DNA of 64,000 bases. Source: Tubulanus polymorphus (Eukaryota; Animalia; Nemertea). Shown one piece after another: positions 1 through 10,338 of this stretch. The notes below the pieces were generated by a model. The model was not told the origin of the DNA, made no database searches, and saw nothing but the letters and a program-made list of their open reading frames with translations. The stretch spans positions 19,926,560 through 19,990,559 of the forward strand of contig NC_134027.1 in assembly GCF_964204645.1 (NCBI RefSeq). The letters run 5' to 3'. The position numbers and the translations under genes were made by a program. The number at the start of each line of letters is the position of its first letter. The first letter of the stretch is position 1.

Positions 1-1138
1 TCCTCTTGGAGGCGAGTAATTCAGCTGGAACCCTCTGCCGGTTAAAATATCGGTAGCGTGACTCCGGCCTCTCTTCAGCTAACCGGATTCCTCGTGCCCT
101 TATTAAAAGCTATGACTCTGACTCTCTTCCTCACTCCAAACGTCCACGACAACTCGAACGGCATTCTTAATTTGAAATAGTAAATGTGTACATTGCAGAC
201 GGATTAAATCCGGCGTTGTACCTCACGATAATTTCTAAATATACATTATTATTATATATATGATCACGGTCGTTCTACATCTTAACTATTTACACTAAGC
301 TCCCGGTCAACGAATCCGCGGGTTCCGGGGACAACCACGTCCGCCGGGGACAACGTCGACCGCGGGCCGGACATCAATAAGCAACGAACCCGGGGACAAT
401 GTCCGGGCGGCAAATAACCTATTTACAAGTTCTATCGCAAGGCGAGCATGCGCGGACGATGGTTCTTACATTTTGACTTAGCTGGAAAGCGTAACTGATA
501 TCGACCTAGCGTTCTATTCTGGTGGCGCTTGAAGTAGCCCGGACAGTCTGAGTGAACGGTTTGTTCTTGCATCTCGCGCTCCGCGTGCCTTTTATAACCC
601 GCGATTGTCCCCGCCGCGCTCTCATTGGCTGGAACAAAAGCCCAGGGACACGCGTGATTGGTTACGCGTGTCACGTGACTTCGAGGTTGGCTGAGTTCCA
701 GCGAAAATGAACGGAGGCGGGCAACAGCACGCCAGCTGCAAAAGGTCACGGCGGACACGAGAAGATACGTTAAGAATAGTTAAAATATATATAAATATCA
801 CAAAGGTAATAGTATAATATACATGAGCGACAAATGTTCTTAAGTAAAAACGAGTATGAAAGGGTTCGAACCCCGCACTCAGAAGATATACGTAATAATT
901 ACAAATCCAATTCAACCAGAAGGGTTAAAATGAATCAACGCGGACCCAGAACAACCAGTCGCGAAACATCGACCAATGTACAAAACACGGACATTGATAA
1001 AATGATACAGCACGGTCTCGCCGAATAAATACAGCTAAAAGACATTAAGCAGGATAATATACAAAGATAGGAGCAGAGCGGTGAATTCCGGGAGAAGCTG
1101 ATTTTTAATGTACGGCGAAATCCGCTAGTTTCGCTACA
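1..1138 (-). repeat. 3' LTR of the Gypsy element (left boundary not determined, may run past the window start)
   Basis: On the minus strand a polypurine tract (GGAAGGGGG, about 1142-1150) is followed after a few bases by TGTAGCG starting at 1138. Promoter motifs lie inside. No matching 5' LTR is in the window. Confidence 0.6.
590..679 (-). promoter_or_regulatory. Pol II promoter module in the LTR (U3)
   Basis: Minus-strand order: palindromic E-box GTCACGTGAC (670-679), CCAAT (657-661), CCAAT (624-628), GC box, TATAAAA (590-596). Confidence 0.6.
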
Positions 1139-1304
1139 TCACCCCCTTCCAGCTTTCACGCGCCCCGCGTGAAAAATCGAAGTTTCTCGTAGACGGACAA
1201 TCGTTCGACATTTCAATGACAGACGCTCATCGTAATCTTCTAAAATAGACGGACATTCGAGTTTCTCGCGGACGGACAATCGTTCGACGTTTCGATGACA
1301 GACG

Positions 1305-2637
1305 CTAATTGTAATCTTCTAGTAAACACGCTACGCAGTCGATCAGCATATCGTCGAACCCGAAGATGATCATGTCCCCTGTCTCGAGTGGATGGACGTG
1401 GACTTCCGAAAACGGCTGCGATGAGTTTCGTGCTGGAGGCGTCCAGATCCCCGAAGCGCGGGCCATCTTTTGACAAAACGGGCATCGAACGGGCACTCCC
1501 GGAACTTCCCGGAAAATAGCCGGGCGGCCATGGACGGTCGGGTGTACATGCGCGAGCACCCTTCACGATTCTGGGTAACATCTATTCTCTTTCGCCGGCC
1601 GCGGCTCGTCAGCATTGAGTATCGCGAGCTGTATGGGGGCCGGGACATCGGCCTTCGGTAAAGGCTTCTCGATCGCTGTATGCTGGGGTCTGGTTCCCCC
1701 ACCAATCCTGAAATTTCGTGCCGAGTACTTCCGGCGAGTACGCTGGCACGCTCTCCGGCTCTCTCGTTCCTTTCTCCAAGCGCTGTATTTCTTCTCTCCG
1801 TTTCTCTTCTAGCCTCCTTCTCTCTCTCTTCTCTCTTGCCTCCTCTTCTACCCTCCTCCGCTGTTCGACTGCCGCCATGCGCGCCTCTTCCGACCTCTTC
1901 TTTTTTCCAGCTCGTCTCCTTCTCTCGCGCACCGGCTAAGTTCTAGGCTCCACTTTATCATTAGTTTTCTCCTTTTTCCGTAACTAATTCTTTCGAACAA
2001 ACTTCTCCCGGGTTTTCCAGACGCAACATCTTCTGGTTTGCCGACTTTTCCTTCATCTTCTACATCGTTCGAGGCGCCGTCAGGGGTGATTTCCTCAACT
2101 ACGGTTGTAGTGTCTGCCGCTGTCAAGTCGTCTTCCATTATCTTGGTCCATTCTGTTCCATCTCCGGCTCCTCTCTCTTCATTCGCTACGCTTTCTTCTT
2201 TTTCTTTGCTTTCGGTCTCTCCTTCTTTCTTTCTCTCTTCTTACTTCTTAATCTGTGTCGTCACATCTTCTTCCTTCCTCTCTTCTTTCTTCTTAATCTC
2301 TGCCACCACACCTTCTTCCTTCCTCTCTACCTTTTCTTCCTTCTCTTCTCCTCACGCACCGCACCTGTCAACTCCACCATGTTCTTATCTACTGCGCACT
2401 CAATACCGATCTCTGGCAGTTGGTCCCACCCTTCCTCCACGATCTTTACTACGCACTGAGACATGGTGACGTCTGGCGTGGCGTCGCAGTGTGTCGCCCC
2501 TGTCACTGATTCGGCACTTCTTAAATTTGTACTTTATGCCCTCGTGTGTCACCGCTTCACACTTAGTTTCATGGCGCTTCAAGTTCTCTACTGATCGGAT
2601 ATGGTCCCGACAGCCATGACATTTGAAATTTGACGAC
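1305..2637 (-). pseudogene. Gypsy extra ORF in the env position: zinc-finger-like N-terminus, E/K/R-rich middle, Cys-containing C-terminus; frameshifted
   Basis: ORF fragments 2400-2582, 1848-2138, 1609-1932, 1370-1705 and 1305-1559 tile the interval. CHGC..LKRHETKC motif at the start, preceded by a polypyrimidine tract plus AG. Confidence 0.55.
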
Positions 2638-2719
2638 CTAAAAATAAAAGAACAAAGAGCGATTGATTACTTTGCTGTTTTAAACAGTAGACAGTGCCTA
2701 CAAGTAGATATATTCTGGG

Positions 2720-3430
2720 CGTTGGCGTTTCGGGCAGGTACGGCCGATGGTTTTACGTCTACCATCTGTATCGTCTGTCATCGTCATTTCGTCTGTTTCG
2801 GGCTCGACAGTCAGTAGAGATCGGTATTGCACTCCTAAATACGGCTTAAGTCGATCTTAGGAGCTGGACAGCTTGTCCTGCACCTGATATAGGGCATCTG
2901 AGAGTCGTTTAATTACGGTAAACGGCCAAGTCCAGTTCAGGAGTTTGCGGTTTGGATTTCCGTCCGTCAATTTGGGTTGATAGAGCCAAACCCGGTCGAT
3001 GGCGTTGTACGGCTTCCCGTGACGTTTTTGGTCGTAAAGTGATTTCTGTCGCGATGTGTTTTTCAGGAGCGCCTTGCGGGCATCTCTGTGTGCCGTTGTT
3101 ATTCGGGTTCGTACTTGGCCGTGTAGTCGTTGATGGATGGATACCGATCTTTCGGAGGGAGTCCGACGATCAGATCTAGGGGTAGATCTCACTCAGAAGC
3201 ATCAGGTAGTTCGGTGACGCTTCTGTAGTGGTGTGCCGGGCAGAACGATAGGCCATCGAGACGTAGGGAAGTTGTAAGTCCCAATCAAAAGGGTCGTCAG
3301 TTGTTGTTAGGGACAACATTGCTTTAAGGCTCCGATTGAAGCGTTCCACCATACCGTCGCTTTGAGGACGGTAGGGGCTGCATCTGGTTTGATGGATCCC
3401 CAGCAGGGTACAAATTTCGCGGAAAAGGTG
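2720..3430 (-). pseudogene. pol: Gypsy integrase, C-terminal part
   Basis: Translates HLFREICTLLGIHQTRCSPYRPQSDGMVERFNRSL...WD..LP...MAYRS, then a GPY/F-like motif (WTWPFTVIKRLSDALY). Confidence 0.9.
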
Positions 3431-3522
3431 AGTAATAGGAAAAGTAGGCTTTCATACCAGAGGTCGAGAGGTCGAGACACAACTCATTACCACAAGAAAT
3501 TTGTTTCCCTTATAAATGGGAG
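3431..3522 (+). repeat. P1 left TIR
   Basis: AGTAATAGGAAAAGTAGGCTTTCATACCAGAGGTCGAGAGGTCGAG is the reverse complement of 29205-29250. Confidence 0.95.
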
Positions 3523-3725
3523 ATAGAAAAGCATTCTTAGCAACAATAAATAACAGAATAAAACCAGCAAAAAAACAATTTGAAATAAAAAAGTTAGTTG
3601 ATGTTACAAAAGAAATTGAACATAAAATATTGAAATTAGAAAAGATAAAAACTAAATATGGAGAGAAAGTATCAGCTAATTTAAGCTACTGCAATGTTAG
3701 TACATCGCGAGAATTAATATCATAA
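3516..3725 (+). pseudogene. Small Polinton protein, apparently truncated; similar to P2 49933-50267
   Basis: KKLVDV..EHKILKLEKIKTKYGEKV resembles FKKLTEL..KYLITNIETITNKYGDKL. TAAATG start. Confidence 0.45.
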
Positions 3726-4006
3726 ATTTTATTTGATTTCTTATACCAACTACACCCAATCAAAATGAATACAATTACAAATCCAGTTGCAAAATATAGA
3801 TATTTATCAAATATTCTATTATTAGAAGGAGTAGAAATAACAATATTTTCACCATTTTTATTAACATTTTTATTACTTATTTTTTCTTTTACAGCTCTTT
3901 TATATTCTTGTGATTTAATTCCTAATTTCCGAGACCATTCAATTTGTTTCTGAGTTCTCGGTTTTTTCTTCACAGTTAATTCCTTCACTTCTTCCTTTAC
4001 GCTCAT
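3686..4006 (-). CDS. Hypothetical basic protein with one TM helix (homolog of P2 40244-40639)
   Basis: KKPRTQKQIEWSRKLG vs KKARSEKQIKWARELG, plus a hydrophobic segment. Confidence 0.75.
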   Translation of the reverse strand: MSVKEEVKELTVKKKPRTQKQIEWSRKLGIKSQEYKRAVKEKISNKNVNKNGENIVISTPSNNRIFDKYLYFATGFVIVFILIGCSWYKKSNKIYDINSRDVLTLQ

Positions 4007-4548
4007 TTATCATAGAAAAATCTTTACTTTCAATATTTGAAAATGTTATAACTCCAGTTGATAATAATGTCATAAATCCACCTAATTGAAATGATAAATA
4101 ACCAATCCATTTATTTAATTCGGTCATAACTAAATAATCATTTTTTAAATCGGAATATAATCTATTTTCATCTTGAATTGGCAGCATATAATTACATAAT
4201 TTACTATAACCTTTTACTACATTTTCTTATATCGCGTCATTAATTCTAGCTGTTCTCGCGGTTTTATAAATCTTAAATAATGTAATAATTTCATCTGATT
4301 TCATTGTATCTAATTCATTATAAGTTAAATTTTTACCGATAAAATTTTTACATTTTCCAGATGCTATTAATAATTAATATTTCTAATTGATGTTTACAAT
4401 AAAGATAATATTCATAATTATTATTTGTTGAAACATTATTTAAAGCACCATCATCTGGAGTTAATTTTGTTTCTGTTATTCCTAAATCATCTAAAGTTTT
4501 TTCAATTGGAACATCGCCATTTTTAGATTTTCTTTTTTCACCTCCCAT
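3939..4548 (-). pseudogene. Conserved hypothetical protein (homolog of 39649-40251 and 63166-63768), frameshifted
   Basis: Fragments YEYYLYCKHQLE and LYSDLKNDYLVMTEL match the P2 and P3 ORFs. Confidence 0.85.
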
Positions 4549-4564
4549 TTATATAACAAAAAAA

Positions 4565-4853
4565 TTAGTTGTGATGTTGCAACTAGAATTTAACTAGAAT
4601 GTAACTAAGAATCAACTAGATTGACAAACTAGTTGAATTATTATTGTTTTTATTTATTTCTTGTTAAATCTAGTTGATTTTTGTTCCAACTGCCAATAAC
4701 TAGAATTCAACTAGAATGTAACTTAATATATACTAGATTAACAAGCTAGTTAAAATATTGTTGAATTTTATTTGATTTTTGTTTCAAATACCAATAACTA
4801 GAATTCAACTAGAATGTAACTAAATATGTAATAGATTAACAAGCTAGTTGAAT
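4565..4853. repeat. Imperfect tandem repeats built on CAACTAGAAT / CTAGTTG
   Basis: Recurring AACTAGAATTCAACTAGAATGTAACT...TAGATTAACAAGCTAGTT units roughly 100 bp apart. Confidence 0.7.
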
Positions 4854-5462
4854 TTAAATAAATTCATATTTAAATGGGTGTTGTAATCTAAATAATAATT
4901 TTGATCTTTTATTATTTTTCAACTTATCCATATATTCATTATGTAAATCATGTGGAATAATATCATTTTCCTCAAGTGCATTTTTCATCGATTTTCTATC
5001 TTTATTGTAGAATAAAACTAAAAATCTAATGTTTTCTCTAAAATCTTTAACAATTGAATTATATTTTTGATTTAAATCCCAAGTTGTTATCCTAAAATGT
5101 CTACCAGAAAAAGCTAAATAACATAACTCACTCTCTCTAATTTTTGAATCATGTAGATTAGCACAATCATCTATAATGAATAATGTATTAGACCCTTTAT
5201 AAATATCAATTGCTATTTTAATACAATTATCTAGATTTTCTTTTACTGTTTTAGGATCTAGTATAATAAATTCATTATTTCTAGTAATATTTCTATCATA
5301 AGTTTGATTAAATTCATATGTTGGACAAAATAATACTATATTATCAAAATAGTTTTTATAAACAGTTTCTAATAGATTTAATATATAATAAGTTTTTCCA
5401 CAATTTGTTACGCCAGGAATTAACATATTATGAGGCTCAAATATAAATAATTCCTTATTCAT
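4854..5462 (-). CDS. DNA packaging ATPase (A32/FtsK-like)
   Basis: Walker A GVTNCGKT, Walker B FIIDD, SGRHF motif. Confidence 0.92.
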   Translation of the reverse strand: MNKELFIFEPHNMLIPGVTNCGKTYYILNLLETVYKNYFDNIVLFCPTYEFNQTYDRNITRNNEFIILDPKTVKENLDNCIKIAIDIYKGSNTLFIIDDCANLHDSKIRESELCYLAFSGRHFRITTWDLNQKYNSIVKDFRENIRFLVLFYNKDRKSMKNALEENDIIPHDLHNEYMDKLKNNKRSKLLFRLQHPFKYEFI

Positions 5463-6592
5463 TTATATATTTTTAATTTTACTTGATAATATCCATTCAT
5501 TGAATTTATCTGCCCATCCAACCCATTTTACTAAAGAATATGTTTTTCTTTTAACAGTTTTTGTTTTTAATACTTTTTCAATTTTATATTCTTGTTCTAG
5601 ATTTTCAGTAGTTAAACTCAATTCTTCTTCATAAAAATACCCATCAACTTCTTCACCATCTAAATCTTTTTAAATTTATAGACATATGGTTTTGTTGTTA
5701 TTACCTTTTTTATTTTATATATTTCCCTAGTAAAATTTCGATCGTATCCCTTGTCAAATATCTTTTTATACTTAGAAATTCTAACATTTTGACCAACTTT
5801 AAATTTAGGTTCACCAAAATCATCTACAAGAAATGCTCCATATAAATTATTCCAAACAATTTCAGCATTTTCAGGTTTTCTAGCATCAATAGGTTTCATT
5901 CCAATAGAAGAATGGTAAGAATTATTATATCCTTCTATCAATTTTGGTAAAACATCAATCCATTTAAAAGTATTATTTGCTGTAAAATATTTCCACATTC
6001 TTGTTCTTAATGTTCTATTACATCGTTCAACAACTGCTGCTTTTTTATCCGATTTTGTTGAAAAATATTTAATATTATGATTATCGAAGAGTTCATGAAC
6101 AAGTGAATTATCAAATTCTTTTCCATCATCAAATTGTATTTTTTCTGGTTTTAGTTTATCATCCGAAAGAAATTTTCTTAAAACATTTGATGTTTGTGCA
6201 GCATCTTTTCTATAAAGTGGGAAACTCCATACATAACGACTAAAAATATCAATTATATTCAATATCCACCAATAATCATCATTATCTTTTTCAAGATTTT
6301 TCATATCAATTAAATCTCCTTGCCACTGTTGATCTACATAACTTACCATAGTTTTACGAGTTTTATATTATCTAACAATTTTTTTATGTGTTGTATATGT
6401 TGGTTGTTCTAACATAAATTCATTTATATCTTTATATTTAACTAAATTTTCCGGGATTATCTTATCTAATTTATCTTGGTTTACCTGACGCCATATATTT
6501 TTGGTAGAAGAATAAGCAACCGAACTCTCAGGGTTGTAATATAAATTTCTTAAATATTGTTCTTTAGTATTAGGAGTTTTTTTATCCCCCAT
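5463..6592 (-). pseudogene. Retroviral-like (rve) integrase with C-terminal chromodomain; in-frame stop and frameshift
   Basis: QWQGDLID, IQFDDGKEF, VVERCNRT. Stop at 6368-6370 and frameshift near 5670. Confidence 0.93.
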
Positions 6593-6622
6593 TTATATAT
6601 CGTTATTTTCAACATTATATTT

Positions 6623-7869
6623 CTAATATTGAATACTATGTAATTGAGAATTTACAATATTTAATTGCGCGTCAGATATAATATAAATGTGCATTTTGAA
6701 ATTTTTGTCTCCTCTTTTCTTTGTCATGAATAATTGTATCCCATCTTTTGTATTTTGTAGTTTTTTCCCAGAACCATGTAATGAATTATCCTCTGTTGTT
6801 CTAAAATCTAACCATAATGCATATTTATTACCGGTATAATAATCAATTTGATTAATATTACAATTTTCAGATGATTTCACTTTTTCATTCATAAAATGTT
6901 TTCTAATTTCTGGCCATTGATCTATCATTCTCATTCCTTGACAAAATATTTTATTTGCTATTCCTTCGATAGTTATTTCTACTTTTGTTATTTCAGGATT
7001 ATAATAATTATCAACATTTATTGCACCATTAGTATATGTTGCAATGGTAAAAAATATTAATATACCTTTAATAGATCTTCTTGGGAAGTAAATATTCTCA
7101 TTAATAATTTCATCACTTGCTTTAATAGTTACAGTTTTAAATTTATCAATATAATCATATAATAATGAAAATCCTTGATTGTATTGAGTTTGAATTATAC
7201 TTGAAATATTTTCATCAGTTACTGTATCATATTCTAAACATATATTCGATAATTTATAACCCATATCTTTATTAACGCTAGATATTACAATTTCATTAAC
7301 AGGAGCAAATGTTATTTCGAATATAACATCTTCTTGAATTGCGTATTTATATAAAGGTGCATTATTATTTATCAATTCAAAGTCTAATGGAATTTTAAAT
7401 TTGCTTCCATATATACTTTTTATCAATTTATCTATAGCATTAGTTAATATTGCATTATGTGCTTCTGATCTTAATTTATTTTGGTTTTCTGATTGGATTC
7501 CTTGAAATATCATATTATTTCTATTTTCTTTAGTTAACCATAAATCTTTATAATGCATAAATAAATTATAATCATCTAATGAGAAAACTGTTTCTGGTCC
7601 AATCTTTATAGTTAATTTTTTAATCAAATATCTTCCAACATTATCAGCAACATAATTATTATTATTACCAGTTACTTTTATATCAGCTGATAAATAAATA
7701 CTATTTGGAACATAAAAAAGTATTTTGTGTTAATCTAGGAATTCTAACATATAAAGTTTCATCGGGATTAATATTAGAAGGGTTATGAGTAATTATATGA
7801 TGTGATCTTTCTGCTTTAATAACATTAGATATTCTATTTCTTAGAAGGATTGATATAACTCCCACTCAT
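6623..7869 (-). pseudogene. Putative major capsid protein, frameshifted near the 5' end
   Basis: Near-identical to the intact 415-aa P2 ORF 43487-44734. Confidence 0.7.
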
Positions 7870-7909
7870 TTATTTAACAAAAAAATTAATTATTTATTTT
7901 TGATTATGT

Positions 7910-9341
7910 TTACTTGATTTCTTTTGATATCATATTCACTAACCCAAAAATAATTGCACTTACAACCGTAATTAAAAATAAAATAATATGTTCAGCAGCA
8001 AAGTTAATAATGTTCCCAGCAGATTTCAATATAAAACCAACAATTGATGCAATAATTCCTGGTAAAGCTGTAGCAGATTTTTTAGATAGTTCCCATAAAT
8101 ATTTTGCAAATTTTTTTAAACCATCCTTAACTTTATCTTGTATAGAATTATTATTCGGAGGTTTATCCGGTTTATTGGGAGTAGGTGTAGATTTTAATGA
8201 ATTTGATATAGCTAAACCAATTCTTGTGAATACCATAGTTACAGCTGTTAGAATTGAAAGAATTGTTATACCTTCTAACTTAAATAATAACTTTATTCTA
8301 TCTTTCAATAATATTTCAGAATCTGGTTTTATTATTAACTCTTTAAAAATAACTTTTAATCTATTAATATTATAATCATATGATTTTAATAATAATTTAA
8401 TTTCTTCTTTTTGTAATTCTATGTTATATTCTAAATCATCTTTTTCTTTTTCTAAATATGCATTTCTTTTTTTAAATTAAATTTCTTCAATAACTTTAAT
8501 TATCTTTATCTAATTTTAGTTGTTCTATTTCTTTAGTTTTATCAGTTCTCTCTTTTTCCAAAGTTCTAATTTCAAAATCTCTTATACTTTTATCATGCGC
8601 AATTTTATCAGATGCAAGTCTTATACTAATAATTTCTCTAATTGCTTTATCAGAAAATATATTTAAATCTTCTAATTCTTGATCTGTTGCATCAAGTAAT
8701 CCATTTGGTAAAAGTTTTTCAATTGGAACTTTATTTGATTTAAGTTTACCAGAAGTTGTTTCTGGTTCTAAATTATTATCGATTGTTTCAAATAATTCAT
8801 TAATTCTTTGTTTAAATACTCTTTCATTTTTAATAATTTCTTCTTGTGTTACATCTTCTATTTCATTACTATTTCTTATTCTTTTAATTCTAGATAGGTC
8901 TAACTTAAGCAAAGTTGATTCTGCTAATATTTTGTTTTGTTTTTTATAAGAGATATCAATATAATAATCATCTTTCAAATTATGATAATATTCACCATCT
9001 AATGATTTTAATTCTGTTACTAAAAGTCTGGCGCCTCTATCATTTATATTATATCCAGATCTTTCAAATATAGGTTTCAAATTATAAATATATTCATTAT
9101 ATTCTAGATTTTGCTTTACTAAATCTGGATTTTCATTTTCAGGATCTATTCTCGATTTAGTTCTTCTATCAAATTCATCTGTTGATGGGTCTTTAGAACC
9201 ACTACCTGCTAAATTAGAATTATATGCTGATTCATCATCATTATCAATATTAGTTTCTGCATCATTATAATCATCATCAATATACCCTTCATTATTATTT
9301 CCCATTTCTCCCATTTCATAATCTTCTACACCGTCTGTCAT
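7910..9341 (-). pseudogene. Acidic/coiled-coil protein with hydrophobic C-terminus (homolog of 44759-46249), premature stops
   Basis: ORFs 8496-9341 and 7910-8308 align with the single 496-aa P2 ORF. Confidence 0.85.
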
Positions 9342-10338
9342 TTACATAATAAAAAAATTAAAATTTAAAATACAATATTCCTCCGATTACAATTCCTATA
9401 CAAGTTATAGCTAATTTAGTATTTTCATGGGATTTTTTATCATCATTTAGTTTATTTATTTCATGTTGAATATTATCAGTTTTTATATTTTCTGATGTAT
9501 TGTAATCTTTTATTTTAGAATCATTATTTAATTTAATATTCTTAGTTTTAGTTTCTGTTGATTGAATATGTTTTTTATTTTTTAACCTTCCATTTATTTT
9601 GGAGCAGTAATAATCTTTTTATTTATATCATTTAATCCAAATGAATTATTTATTGTTGCAGTTTTAATTAGATTATTATAACCAATTATATTTCCCATCT
9701 TTAATACTAAATCATTAGAAATAATAAATAGATTAGGGCCTATACAATAATTTAATCTAATATGTGATTTATCTAAATAATTTTGATATCTTACAATGTT
9801 TTCTGGAATCGATCTATTTTTATCATTATGAATTGAATCTTCAAATAATACTTTAAATTGTTTCTGTGCAACGAATGAAGTGTCATCATTTCCAACTATT
9901 GGTGATCTTGTTTCAACTTGCGGGCCTAAAATACATATCAAATAAGTTCTAATAGATTGATTTATTCTTTGTATTCCAGCTTTAGTAAAACCTTCACTAT
10001 TTTCTAAAATGAAATTAATCCAACCATTATTGTTTTGAGTAATTAGAAGATGGCGTTTTCAGATCAGAGGGCGTGAGGGCGAGACACCACTCATCACCAC
10101 AAGTAATTTTTTTTCCTAATAAATGGGGGAGAATGAACACCAACCAGAAAACAATAATGTCAATAAAAATCAATATTATTGTCAATATTGTAAAAAATAC
10201 ATCGATACATCTAATAAAACACGACATGAAAAATGTTAGAAATTATATTGATTCACTAGAAATAAAAGATACAAATTAAATTTTTTTTTGTTGCTTTTTT
10301 CCAAAAATAAACACACTTTTTAATATAAAAGCGCTAAT

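Noticed and set aside
2038-2469. Ser/Phe-rich plus-strand ORFs (also 1680-1946 and 1718-1939)
   Set aside because: Antisense of the purine-rich E/K/R-coding strand.
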